Source: Malacoraja senta (lineage: Eukaryota). From it: a stretch of 64,000 nucleotides of DNA. Shown here piece after piece: positions 41,270 to 54,236 of the stretch. Location: assembly GCA_038087875.1 (NCBI GenBank), contig CM075998.1, positions 1,178,001 through 1,242,000 of the forward strand, read 5' to 3'. The notes beneath the pieces are model-generated. The model searched no databases and was not told where the DNA came from. It saw only the letters and a program-made list of their open reading frames with translations. How positions within the stretch are numbered: position 1 is the first letter of the stretch; each line of letters starts with the position of its first letter. A program made the translations under genes and the position numbers.

Positions 41270-41730
41270 AGACAAACTCAGCAAGACAGGCAGCATCTCT
41301 GGAGACATTTCAGGTCGAGACCTTTCTTGAGACTAAGAGTCAGGGGAGAGGGATTCGAGAGATATGGAAGGGCAAGGTGTGAAAACGACAGATCAAAGCA
41401 GACAAAGTTCAAGGAAATGTAGAATGGTACATTATTAACCGAGGGGAAGGTAACAACGGGGCATACAGTCAGTCAAAAATCTGTAAAATTAATCAGGACA
41501 GGAAAACTAGTCAGAGATCTAGGGTGGGGGTGGGACAGAGGGACAGAGTGGGAAAGCAAGGGTTACTTGAAGTTAGAAAAATCAATATTCACACTGCTGG
41601 GTTGCAAGCTGCCCAAGTGAAATACGAGGTGCTGTTCCTCCAATTATCATTGGGCCTCATTCTGACAGTGGAGGCCCACGACAGAAAGGTCAGTATGGGA
41701 ATGGGAGGGGGAGTTAAAGTATTTGGCAAC
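41270..41730 (-). mobile_element. Penelope-like element 3' fragment with terminal repeat
   Basis: Minus strand encodes ...EEQHLVFHLGSLQPSSVNIDF (GIY-YIG end), followed by the terminal repeat with a decayed hammerhead core (41304-41331). Confidence 0.8.
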
Positions 41731-42909
41731 TGTTTAAAAAAAAACCAAATATAATTGGTAGAGTAGCAATGCTACTACAAACAAAGGTATTGAAGTTTTG
41801 CAGTTATTAGATGATCCTATATCTCTGCAAAAATATATGAATGAAGTGAGAAGGTGGAATTGATCAGCCAGGAAGACAAAGCTACCTGTTCACCCATCTC
41901 CTCCCAAAATGTCTGCTATAGACTAAAACACCACAAAATGCATGCAGAAGAGTACTCAGTGCGGTGAATGAACAGGTCAAACTAAAAAGCCTGCTACTTC
42001 TGCTCTATACTCCCAGTCATTTACTTCCTTCCCCTGCTGCTCACGTCCCACGTGCCATTTTAAAATTGCGAACACAAGGACTCCAATATCATGCTTACCA
42101 AATATGTACCTAGTGACAGAATGGGGCTGGAAACTCAGAAAAGGAAAGATGGACAATAATCTACAACTCAAGTTTTGAATAGTTCCCCTTTGGTCCAGAA
42201 TACGAGCGGTTGCTAACTACCAGAAAATATTCCATGCAATGAAGTGCATGCATCAGATGCAGCTAAATGGGACTCCCCTGTGTGGACAAGTACAATGGTC
42301 CACATGGGGGCTGAGGGGCCTGTTGCTGTGCTATACAACCACAACTCCAGGTTATATCCACAGTACCCCGCCAAACATAAACATGGGGATTTTGAGCATT
42401 ACTAGTACTTCAATAATACACCCCTCATATAAACAAACAAAAACAAAAAACATTATTGAACTTGAAAAACATTCACATATCAATTGTAGTTTTTGTTAAA
42501 TAAAGATTTGCCTCTCACTACAAATGACCAGGTTGAGATATGCTGGCTCAGATTTCAGCTTAAAAAAAACCCAACTACCATGCATGGAGTGTCGACTCTT
42601 GGGCACATGCTCGCGCAGCAGATTTGGATGCATTGCAAGTTATTGTGATTCAGATTATTCTTCACACAAGGAGATGGGTTTAGCTCTCCATCTTGCTTTT
42701 TAATGCTTCACCAATCTATGAAGTGTTTGACACCATCCCATTAGAAACTTCCACTGACCAGGTCTGTGTCGAGTAAATAAAACATTAACATTGAACAATA
42801 CACAAAGTGCAGGTCAACCTGCCGAGTCAGTTACTGCAGCACTTCATGTTCTCTTTTGTTAACCAGCCTCTGCAGTTCCTGGTTTCTACATAACATTTTA
42901 ACAACTGCA

Positions 42910-43435
42910 AGAGGATGTTGCCAGGACTAGAGGGTGTGAGCTTTAGGGAGAGGTTGAGTAGGGTGGGTCTCTATTCCTTGCAGCGCAGGAGGATGAGGGG
43001 TGATCTTATAGAGGTGTACAAAATCATGAGAGGAATAGCTTAGCTAAATGCACAGTGTCTCTTGCCCCGAGTAGGGGAATTGAGGACCAGAGGACATAGG
43101 TTCAAAGTGAAGGGGAAAAGATTTAATAGGAATCTGAGGGGTAACTTTATCCACACAAAGGGTGGTGGGTGTATGGAACAAGCTGCTGGAGGAGGTAGTT
43201 GAGGCTGGGACTATCCCAACGTTTCAGAAACAGTTGGACAGGTACATGGATAGGACAGGTTTGGAGGGATATTGCCCAATCGCAGGTGGGACTAGTGTAG
43301 CTGGGACATGTTGGCCAGTGTGGGCAAGTTGGGCCAACATGTCCCAGCTACACTAGTCCCACACTAGTCCCACCTGCGATTGGGCAATATCCCTCCAAAC
43401 CTGTCCTATCCTGACACTATCACTCTATGACTATG
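42910..43435 (+). mobile_element. CR1 LINE 3' fragment with a fold-back duplication in its tail
   Basis: RMLPGLEG.SFRERL...RGDLIEVYKIMRGI; inverted copy of the tail at 43332-43411. Confidence 0.88.
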
Positions 43436-46400
43436 TGCCTATATTCAACAATAAATAAATGTCCTAAACCTCCCAGCATGCCCAATTTAATTATTTCATC
43501 ACACTAGTGTTTCACCACTGAATATTTCATGTACTACAAGACATGAATATGCAACGTTATCCAAATTATTCACATGTTTTGTGAACCATTTGAGTAAAGA
43601 GCATCTAGTTACAGGACTCAACCTCCTGGAGAAGCTTTACAGGTCATGTACACCAGCTTTGAATTTTAAAGATTGTGCCCAAATTGGAGTGAAAGGAACA
43701 TTCAGAACATGTGACCTGCTGAGTATTTCCAGCATTTCTGCTTTTATTTTAGTTTTGCAGCATGGGCAGTTTTTCTTGTTGCATTTTGCTGTTGATGCAT
43801 GAAACGTTTTACATATTTGAAAGTAAAAAAAGGGTAGCGAAGGAACAATTCATTTGGGAAATACAAGCGACCAATAATGGAAGCGCGGAGAACTTTGATG
43901 CCTTCCCTCAGTGGGAAACGTTGATTCCGCTGTTGGGGGGGATGTTTTTTTTAAAAATGTTTAATGTTAAATTCTAAAGTGTTGTGTTTATCTTATTTGT
44001 GTGCTGCATGGTAACTCAAATTTCACTGCACCAATTGGTGTATGTGACAATAAATGTCCTTTGTGTACGGGGATCGCTGGTCAGCATGCACTCAGTGGGC
44101 CAAAGGGCCTGTTTCCACACTATCTCTGAACTAAACAAAATGACATCATGTGGAATAAACTGCCTTAAGTAGTCAAGGTGGAAAGATTGGGCAATTGAAG
44201 ACTATAGGGAACTGGCACAGAAGTGAAGAGTGAAGACCAGCCATGATCACAGGTTTAAAGCACCTCTTCCAACTTTGTGTTAAAAGCATACACATACACT
44301 ATTAAGAAAGAGTGGTGAGAGTAGTACTAATTGGAGAACTCATTCAAAGTGCACAGGCAATGTGGCCCGAGGCAAGAACTGGACTGTCCCATTCACACTT
44401 GGAAGTTAATTCACGGCCCAAAGCAACAATCAGAAATGTTTTCTTTAAAATGACCAAAACTGAAAATTAATTCATCAACCTCAACTAGAGAAGCATATGT
44501 GGAGTAAGCCGTTCCCTCAGCACAGCAACATTTAAGGCAATTTATACACCTGCTGCTGAGATTACAAACTTAATTGTCGAGGAATCAAAGAGCTCTCAAA
44601 CCTCTTCCCAAATCCTCTGTTGAAAAGGTACACCTTGTCCCTCCCATGAATGACTCACCAGGGTAATCTATCTGGCAAATCTTAAACCAAGAAAGGAATG
44701 AGCAAAAGAGGAAGCAAATATTAAGCAATGCCAATCTTTCAAATCTGTATTACCACCACTCCTACATTCTGCATTTCAAAACAATTTCTGTCACCTTTTG
44801 AATTGAAGTCAAATAATTTACCAGAGTACAGTTGCAGCTGTTCTGGTTCCCACCCATTAAGACATTCCTGGTATTCAGAATTTGAAACTTGAATAAATGC
44901 GGAGTGCTCAGGAACTGATAACCAAGCAGTGGGAATTCCAGGAACTCTGAGCCTCATCAGTTTTACGAGCTGGTGATTCAGGGATTCTGATGATATTTCC
45001 TTTTACTGCACTGCTACCAACTGCAGTAACATTGTTAGCAAGATCCTTTGAGCCCGAGCAGGACTTTTAACAGCTCTCTCAAGGAGTTGGCTTACAAGAG
45101 TAGCCATGATTTTTACCGCACAACCATAAGCCGAGCATCTCATCCATTTCTGGAAAGGATAATAAAATAAACCCCCTCCCAGTGCAAAGAGGGACAAGGA
45201 AACACACAAAACTACATCCTGGTTTTCCTGCTGTTTGGTTCATTGTAGTTTCCCCATTGACGGAACCAGAGGTGCTTTCTAAATGCAGCCAACCGCAGGT
45301 TGAAGTTGGAGCAAACATGAGAGACTGACATGTTGCTTCACACTGGGTAAAGTTCATTGGCTTACGTCACCACAAAGTGAGGCAGAGCAAGAGAAATGCT
45401 AAACGCCGGATCAAGGGACTCTAAAACAAAGCTCTTACTGAAGATCAGGGCAGGAGGGAGAAAAATGCCTTTAAGTCAGGTCACTTTGAACGCCTCAGAA
45501 GACAAATCAGGGAAGTAAAGATAGTGGATGGGTGGGTGCATATGCGCATGTTGAAGATACACATGTTCTGAATTGCCCAGGACAAATCTCCTGTGGCATT
45601 ACTCTTCCACATCTATGAAGTTAGAGGTTCAAGGTGAGGGTGGGGGGTGGGGGTGAAAGACTTAATATGAAACCCAAGGGGCAATTTTTTCCCCCACACA
45701 GTGGGCAGTAGGTATATGGAACAAGCAGCCAGAGAAGGCAGTTAAGGATGTACTATAGACAGGTAGGAGAGGATTAGAGGGATATGGGACGCATAGATGG
45801 GGCATCTTGGTGGGCACAGAAAAGCTGGGCTGAAGGGCCTGTTCCTGTGCTGTATCAATCCATGACCCTATAACATCAGACACATGGCATATTTTCCCCT
45901 CAGGAAAATTATATTACACAGCAGTGCCATCTGATTACATGGCAAGTGCACCCATGCAAGCAAACAAGGCAAGATCCCCAAACCAGCAAGTGTTTATACC
46001 TCGCTACCCTATTTGGGGGGGGGGGGGGGGGGGTACAAAGGACTCCACTGTAATCCACCCTAGCTGGCAGCCACAGGGTCCAAAAGTTTAAATGCTTCAT
46101 TTAAAAAAAAAAAAATGCAACAACATAACAAGGTGCATTGAATAATCCCAGTCTCAAATGAGCACAAAACCACAACCATCAGGAAGCACATGTATCATCA
46201 CCAGTCCAGGGTGCAGTGCTCCCTGGATGACAGATACAGAGATAGAGACATTTCAAAGGAATTTAAATTAAATAAGGCAGATAATTGCAGGTGAGTTAAT
46301 GCAAGGAAACATTCTGGGGAGACAGGAAGATGGTGAGAACGCAGCGATTTAATTTCAGTGGTTCCCACCCACCACAATCTGGTTTCTAAATTACATCTCA

Positions 46401-48954
46401 TTACAGTCTTTGTGCCAAAAACACTTCACATGCTTCACTGCCTACCATGTACAAAGTACTTCCCAAATAATTGCCATGTCAGAGGATGGAAAAATGTAAA
46501 GTTGTACGTCAGGTTGAAGGGGAAAGTCAGTTTGATTAAAAACTTTACAGTCATTCAAAAAAAAGGGAGCTGGTTTTGCAGCTTTGTTGCACAACTGGAA
46601 AATGAGAACAGCAGCTGTTGATGAGCACAAAACAAAAAGCAACTTCTCAACATCATGGAACAATCTTTGGCAGATAAACAAATCAAACCTTACATGGGCA
46701 GTAACATAACCATTTGAGCATAGTTTGCTGTGCTGTCACACTAACCATTACTTAAACCATTATGTATCTTTTACATATAATCGCAACTACCACCCACTTC
46801 TCCCAATGGATGGTGATTCACACTGTAGTTTCTCATGACATTGTCTAGACAATGAAGTGTCAGCTGGCTTTGACGAGGGGAGACAGAAAAATCCAAGTTA
46901 AATCCAGTTCTCCCCTTAGCTGACAATTTTACAGCGGAGATCAGTCGGTGAAACACTGCCTGATGCACTGTATTCATTTCTTACTCCAATCCAAAAAGGA
47001 GTGACCAACTTACACTGCTCCTTGCATCCAAGGCACCTTAATCATTGTTTCACAAGCAAACGCGGTTTGTACAACCCGAACAGCAAGACGGACCAATCTG
47101 TGTGGAAATTCTGGCCGAGGGAGAAATATTTTGCCAGAACTCAGCTGATCATTAACCAGAAATTCTGGGGTCTTTTCACCCCCTCCATCTGAATAGATTG
47201 ATGGATCCCAGTGTATAAATGGTAAACAGATAGCAATTCCGAACTACTCAGTACCCCCTCCGTCAAGCATTTAAGTACCAACTTGTAGCGAGGCTTGAAC
47301 CCATTGGCTGAGGTCACTTGAATACAGTCTATTCGACAAGCCCACATTTTGTTTTAAATTTTAAATTGCAGTTTGGCATCGCAGTCAAACATCTGGCACA
47401 ATACATCCTTAAGTATACAATTCATAATTCTGACTCACCAGGAAAAGGTGGAGGGAATTTCCAGTCAACAGTAAATATTTTAATTCAAGCCTCCCAGATT
47501 TTCCTTTCATTAATATTAAAAGGACAATGTATTATTTTTAAACAAAGTATTAATGGCATTACATGGGGAATATCAGATTGGAGCTAGAGTGTGTTCCTAC
47601 AACCAACCTTCTGTTAATCCATTACACCAACTGACTCAGTGACTTCAGAGCCATCTCCTCAAATGGGAACATCAACTTGCTATCTTTTTTCCCCCCTCAA
47701 TCTGTTATGACTGACGAAAGGTCCCAACCCAAAATGTCACTTAAACATTTCTCCAGGGTTGCTGCCTGACCCACTGAGTTATTCCAGCATTGTGTTTATC
47801 TCAGGATTCTTTGAACTAGTTTTTTCCTTCCCCGCCCAAACAAATAAAAGGGGCATCAATTAGGAAGTGTTTCATTCCATTTGCTCAATTTAACAAGTCA
47901 TTTGATTACAAAGTCACATTTCCCCAAAACTATTTCCCTCCCCCCACAGTACTCAGTAAATTCTACAAGTTTTCTGTTAATTCTTCCAGTTATTTTAATT
48001 GAAGCAAATTTTTCATTCCACAATGGTCTCGCAGAGCAGCTCTACAAAAAAAATACGATAAGATGGGACACTCAACCAAAAAGTAGAAACAGTACATGCA
48101 TGGGTCTTACACTGAAAATAAATTAACATTAAAAAGACACATTTGAAACTCTGAGTTAACTCAGTGTGTCTTTCAGTAATAAGTATATAAGGCTACAACC
48201 AGCAACTTCTTAACTGAAGATAACATTTTAGATAGACATTTTATTTAAAAAGGTGTAAACTCATTCAAACAACTTCTCAAAACACAACTCAATAGCAGAT
48301 CACAATTCAGTATTGTGGAGACAACGAATGTCAAGTTATTAACAACTCTTTGCACTATCAAGAAATAAAACATGCAGGAAAGTAAATCACAAGTTATCAG
48401 TAATTCGATGGAGCCATAGGAGAGTCATTTTGAAGTTTAATATCAGTGCAAAATAAAGAGTGAGAATAAACACCAGCCACCCCTCACGAATCCATTAACA
48501 TTCGTTTTGGATTTTACTTTTAATTTGGAAATTATTACTCATCGAGTCCTTCCAAAGTTGGTCCCGAGGTAATACTCCAAGAAAATGAACAGACTCACTC
48601 GAGAAGTAATTGAGATTAAACGAAGAAATATTGAATACCTGAATGTGATGGCACGGGGGAGCTCACCTTAACAAGTGGATTAATAGATGCAAATATAATA
48701 CTACAGAGAAAAATAATGAGATATCAGTTCATTACATTTAACAACACCAAAGCGCAACTTTATATTTTATACAAGTCACTCAAAATAGTAGAATACTTGA
48801 GAAACACGCAGAAAAGTCGTCTAGTTTTATTTTAACCGCAAGCCCAGAGGACGATTTGACCCTTTTCAGTGGCTCGGTCCGGCCAACAAGTTTTTGACAC
48901 AACATTTCCACAACATCACACACTTTTTAAATGTTAGATTTTCTTTCTCCTCAC

Positions 48955-49400
48955 CTTATCGGGCGTTCTTCTTCTGACTGTTTTTTTCAAATGTCAAGCA
49001 AAGGTGAGCTCTTCCGGCAAAAAAAAAATCGTTCTCACACACAGGTCGAACAACGCACCTGCCGCCACTGCGCCTGTTCCAATTTCCCAGACTGACGGCG
49101 CTGCCTCGAGTTTTGAAGCCACGCACCAGCAAATGACCTCAGCGCGTCTGAGCCCAGGACCCTTGCGGTCATCCAGCCTGCGGGGGGCGCTAAGGTGTCA
49201 ATGGTGAACCTCGGTCGGATAGAGGCATCGAGCGCTCCTACTGGTCCTCCGAGGCTGCGGGGGCGCTGGGGTAGCATTAGGCCCCTGAGGTCCTCCTCTG
49301 ACGACAGTGCCCCCTAAAGAATTGCGATATTTCAACAGAGACAAGATATTTAGCGCGGATACGCCACTTGCTGGGCTGTGGCCGAATTGCTGCGCTTTCT
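48955..49400 (-). promoter_or_regulatory. LIMA1: Probable LIMA1 non-coding exon 1 and CpG-rich promoter
   Basis: Donor AAG|gtgagg (exon end 48955). CpG/GC-rich 49050-49400 with GC-box-like GGGGGCG and TGACCTCA. Lies just downstream of the FAM186 poly(A) site, as expected from synteny. Confidence 0.6.
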
Positions 49401-49419
49401 CCATATTAATCATAGGACG

Positions 49420-49660
49420 TAGGAGCAGAATTAGGCCATTCGGCCCATCGAGTCTACTCCGCCATTCAATCATGGCTGATCTATCTTTCCCTCTCAACAC
49501 TATTCTCCTGCCTTCTCCCTGTAACTTAAAACACCCTTATTCATCAAGAGCCTATCAACCTCAACCTTAAAAATACCCAATGACTTGACCTCCTCTGCTG
49601 TCTGTGGCAATGATTTCCACATATTCACTGGATAAAGAAATTCCTCCTTGACGCCATTCT
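49420..49660 (-). mobile_element. CR1 LINE 3' tail fragment
   Basis: aggagcagaattaggccattcggcccatcgagtctactccgccattcaatcatggctgatc. Confidence 0.8.
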
Positions 49661-50148
49661 AAAGGTAATCACAGAATCGTAGGAGCTGAGAGTCACCGAG
49701 GGAGCCATTAGACCCACGACGTAAGTGCCGGCTGCTTGTAAGAGGTATCCAGCCTCGTCCCATTGCCCAGATCTCAATCAAGGTCACAGCACAGTAAGTG
49801 TAAATTCAGGTACTTTTTAAATATAATGAGTGTATTCTATATCAAACCCCCACCAGTATCTGGGTGAAAATATTTAACTTCAACTTTCCATTATCCTTCT
49901 AATTTATTACTCGTCTAGTCTATTGCTAGTCTACAGGAGTATCACATTGAATCGCGAGAAACTCCCAACTGAACCAGGAACTCCCAACTGGAAACATTTA
50001 AAAAATATTTACACAAAAAAAAGTATTAAAATGAAAATCATATTTGAAAATTAATCATTCTTATATAAATAGCAAACATTTTAATATTGAGTAGATTTGT
50101 TTAATATATATTGCAACCAAAGGAAAAATATCAGATCAATCAAAAATC

Positions 50149-50320
50149 CGGGCGGTACAGTGGCGCAGTGGCAGAGTTGTTGCCTTATAGCGCCAGAGAC
50201 CCAGGTTTGATCCTGACTTTGGGTGCGTCCAACTCAGTGGAGTTTGTACGTTCTCCCCATGATCTGCATGGGTTTTCTATGAGATCTTCGGTTTCCTCCC
50301 ACACTCCAAAGACGTACAGG
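50149..50320 (+). mobile_element. HE1 (V-SINE) 5' part
   Basis: gggcggtacagtggcgcagtggcagagttgttgccttatagcgccagagaccc. Confidence 0.8.
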
Positions 50321-50379
50321 TTCTCGATTCCCTTAATCTGGGCAAAAGACCTTATCTATTAATCTCGTAATTCTTTAGA

Positions 50380-50407
50380 CTGAAGAAGGGTCCCAACCCG
50401 AAACGTC
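50380..50407 (+). ncRNA. Minimal hammerhead ribozyme motif in a Penelope terminal repeat
   Basis: CTGAAGA-A-GGGT-ccca-ACCC-GAAACGTC. Confidence 0.65.
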
Positions 50408-50462
50408 ATCTATCTATGTTCTCTAGAAATGCTGCCTGACCTGCTGAGTTATTCCAGCACTT

Positions 50463-50925
50463 TTGGCAGGACTTTCATATGAAGAAAGACTGGATAGACT
50501 CGGCTTGTACACGCTAGAATTTAGAAGATTGAGGGGGGATCTTATAGAAACTTACAACATTCTTAAGGGGTTGGACAGGCTAGATGCAGGAAGATTATTC
50601 CCGATGTTGGGGAAGTCCAGAACTAGGGGTCACAGTTTAAGGATAAGAGGGAAGTCTTTTAGGACTGAGATGAGAAAATCATTTTTTACACAGAGAGTGG
50701 TGAATCTGTGGAATTGTCTGCCACAGAAGGTAGTTGAGGCCAGTTCATTGGCTATATTTAAGAGGGAGTTAGATGTGGCCCTTGTGGCTAAAGGGATCAG
50801 GGGGTATGGAGAGAAGGCAGGGATGGGATACTGAGTTGGATGATCAGCCATGATCATATCGAATGGCGGTGCAGGCTCGAAGGGCCGAATGGCCTACTCC
50901 TGCACCTATTTTCTATGTTTCTATC
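50463..50925 (+). mobile_element. Young CR1 LINE 3' fragment with intact frame
   Basis: 123-aa open RT C-terminus AGLSYEERLDRLGLY...GIRGYGEKAGMGY* and tail. Confidence 0.93.
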
Positions 50926-51292
50926 TGTGCTTCCTTGCATCTCCTAATATTTACACATTTCCCAATGTCAATTAACCTGCTAAAACCCAAGGTGTTCAGT
51001 TGGATTTTTGCATCTGTTTAATCAGCATGATTGGGTAAAACAGAGGCCACGATTGCAGATCAACGTATTATCGGGGTTTGATTTGACAAACAACACTTGG
51101 GAACCTGGCTGGAACAGATACTGAGCTCGCTCCTTACATGCATGCGCATGAGGGACCCATTGCCTGATGTAAAGCTGGTTTGCAAATGGCAGAACAGACA
51201 CAAAGATCACGCTCCAATATTCACAATTGTTAGCCATCACCATTGTGAAAGAGCTGAAATAAGGAACTGAAATCTGTTGTTGTTATCTTGAT

Positions 51293-51298
51293 TTTATT
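51293..51298 (-). terminator. AATAAA poly(A) signal of the FAM186-like gene
   Basis: Plus-strand tttatt just downstream of the stop at 51384. Confidence 0.6.
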
Positions 51299-51383
51299 TA
51301 AACAAGGAAAACATTACAGAGAACAAAAATAGAACCAGAAGCATGACTCTTATAGGGAAGCAACTGTCATTGCAGCAACATAT

Positions 51384-51570
51384 TTACGCCTGCTGAAAGA
51401 AATTAAACTTGTTTGAAGATGTGGCGATGGCAAAGGCCATATTTTTGTCCAAGAACAATGGGACATATGATTCCGACGGGATAGGAAGGCTCTTTGTTGG
51501 TATGTGTAGGCTCTCTCCCACAATACTCATTTGCGTGTTCGTCACCATTTGCCGAAAAGAATTCTTTCTG
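51384..51570 (-). CDS. FAM186-family terminal coding exon
   Basis: ctattttcttcag|C AGA AAG..., phase 2. RKNSFRQMVTN...FFQQA* followed by AATAAA 86 nt downstream. Confidence 0.75.
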
Positions 51571-51620
51571 CTGAAGAAAATAGTGAAAATGATTGAAGCA
51601 AAATTGCAGAGGTGAGTTTT

Positions 51621-51758
51621 CTTCTTCTTGCTTATGGCGTGCACAGCCTAAAGTTGTAGGACAACTTGTTCTATTTGATCTTATTTGATTGTGCACGCCA
51701 GGTTGATTGCATTCGTCGAAACAGGGCGGACCACGTGAAGGTTGCAATCTCCCGCCCC
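51621..51758 (-). mobile_element. Short retroposon with (aag)n tail (I/Ingi/Vingi-like 3' end)
   Basis: Ends ...ccataagcaagaagaag. Flanked by an 11-bp TSD with one mismatch: aggtgagtttt (51610-20) and aggtcagtttt (51759-69). Confidence 0.65.
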
Positions 51759-51779
51759 AGGTCAGTTTTAAAAATTGGG

Positions 51780-52130
51780 TATGGCAGTGTACTGGTTAAG
51801 TTATTGAATTAGCATCCAGAGTTCTGGGCCATTGATCCAGACATGTCAGTTCACATCCCACCATGACAGTTGGGAAAGAATTTAAATTCAACTAATTAAA
51901 TTAAAAAATAATTTGAAATGTCTCATTGACAGTAACCACAAAACGATCACTTTGTCATAAAAATCTATCTGGGGTCTCAGGGGAGGGAATCAGCCATCAT
52001 TACCTGGTCTGGTCTGTTTATGACTCCAGATCCACCAATGTGGTTGACTCTTAATTGTCCCCTTGGTTCAGGGTTATTTAGGAATGAACAATAAATATTG
52101 TCATTGTTGGTGACTCCCACATCCCGCGAA
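51780..52130 (+). mobile_element. Old tRNA-derived elasmobranch SINE
   Basis: gttcacatcccaccatg head, tacctggtctgg...gactccaga...aatgtggttgactcttaa core and cccacatcccg tail. Confidence 0.6.
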
Positions 52131-53306
52131 CAAACAGATCATAGTAGGCAACTACTTACAGTTGTCAGGATATGGAGAGAAGGCAGGTGAATGGGGTTGT
52201 GAGGGAAAGATAGATCAGCCATGATTGAATGGTGAGGTAGACCTGATGGGCAGAATGGCCTAATTCTGCTCCTAGAAACTACAAACTTACAAATCGAAAA
52301 AGAGCAAGAAATGGTTTCTGATTTATGACAGAAATGTATGATAATCAACCAAACTGCCACTCAATGGCTGAGGGGACACCAAGATTAATATTTATATTCC
52401 CCAATGTCAATTAATCTGTTAAAATCCAAGGGGATCAGTGGACATTGCGCTCGCTTAACTGGTGTGAAACATGTGTAAATGCAGGCCAAGTCTGGGGACT
52501 AACTTGCTACTATGTTGAGATATTTTTCAAACCAACAAATCGAACATTTGCTCTCTGCAAATGTTACTGATGGGTCCAATACCTGATGCAAACAGAACTG
52601 GAATCCAATTAACAGAACAGTCACCAAGCCTTAGAACAGAGAAACTGAAAACCCGATTTATTTTGTAAACTCAGTGGCTGAACCAGTGCTTTATAAAGGT
52701 TCATAGTTGCTTCCTTGCTCATGTACTTTATGCCTCTCTTCATGAGCCTCCTGTATGCTTTCTATTTTCTTAACTTTGAACAAAATATGCAGATTTACCC
52801 CCAGACCTCTCTGCTCTTGTTCTCTTTTGAGAATTGTAGGGGGCATCCCCGGGTAACAAAGGGTTCCATTTTTGCAAATGTCCATAAGTCAATTTTGTCC
52901 GTCAGTGGAAAATACACAAAAATCACGCGATATGGTAACCATACCTCCACAGTAATGTAAAGAATGCCATCAAAAGTACACAAGATTGATAAAAAATCAC
53001 AAGAAGTGAAGAAAGAGAGGAAACTAGTTCTGCCATTCATAGAAATGAATATTTGTACATACTGTATGTTGAACTTTTGAGTTTAATAATATTATGGGAG
53101 CTCGTTCATATGGACGGGTATCTGTAAGTTAGGCATTTGTAACGCAGAGATGGCATGTACCCTGCAGTGATATTATCTTTTCTCATTCTTTCAATCAGAA
53201 ATGTAACACTTTACATTTCTCAGTTTCTTCACTGAAATTTCCTTTCAAAAGTAAGAAACAGTGAACAGCGTCTAGAGGATAACAGATGGCAAACTGGAAT
53301 TCTTAC

Positions 53307-53420
53307 CCATCCATTGTCACTAATTTAGGAGTCGCTGGAAACATAACCGGGGTAGCAGGGTCCTTCTTGGCAATTGGAAAACTTCCATCCACAATATTTG
53401 TTGACCATAAATGGGTGTTC
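53307..53420 (-). CDS. FAM186-family exon
   Basis: ttttgtcag|G AAC...GAT GG|gtaaga, 114 nt, phase 2-2. NTHLWSTNIVDGSFPIAKKDPATPVMFPATPKLVTMD parallels FAM186A W..D.S.SSYPIAEK...P.IP.LL.L. Confidence 0.85.
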
Positions 53421-54117
53421 CTGACAAAACATAGGAGGAATTATTAATGGAGTGAGTGCAGCTGTGAGTCCGCTTGGGGATAAAAATTAAGACCCAAACC
53501 CAATATGACCATGGTCGATCTGAATGCGATCATGGCAAATCTAAACTTGACCCAACTTTAGCCAATCTAAACCCAACCCACCCACAGCTGAGCCTAATGC
53601 ATCCCAACCATGTCCGATCCAAACCCTGACCCAAGACTGAATATCACCTTTTTCAAGGACTACCCGATACATATAATTGGGTCTTGTCAGTTCAGGGCTC
53701 CAGATGAGAAACTAAATAATGTAAAAGGGGCAGGATTTGGCCCCTTGAGCCTGCGCCTCCATCCAACGTAGAACATGAGGTCAGAGTCCCTGGAGGCCGA
53801 GGTCGAGAAGAACAAAGGGATCTGGTGTGGGGGGGTCGCTGAGAACAAAGGGGGGAGCCCGGCGTGGGGGGCCGCCAAAAACAAAGGGCACCTGTGGTGG
53901 GGGATGGGGGGGGGGGGGGGCAAAGAAGGGACCAACAATATTTAAGTGTACTTTGTAACTTTGCACCTTGTGGCGACCCTTTTGTGTACTGTATATGCAA
54001 AATCAAAGAATTTGACTGTACCTTAATGGTACATGTGACAATAAAGTTATCTATCTATCCATCTATCTATTTATCTAACGTGAGAAATCAACAATCCGAC
54101 AATAACTTTACTTTAGG

Positions 54118-54236
54118 ATAGACACAAAAAACGGGAGTAACTCAGCAGGACAGGCAGCATCTCTGCCCCGCTGAGTTACTCCAGCTTTTTGTGTCTATCT
54201 TCGGCTTAAACCAGCATCTGCAGTTCCTTCCTACAC
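54118..54236. repeat. Palindromic Penelope terminal-repeat pair
   Basis: gatagacacaaaaaacgggagtaactcagc ... gctgagttactccagctttttgtgtctatc. Confidence 0.75.
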
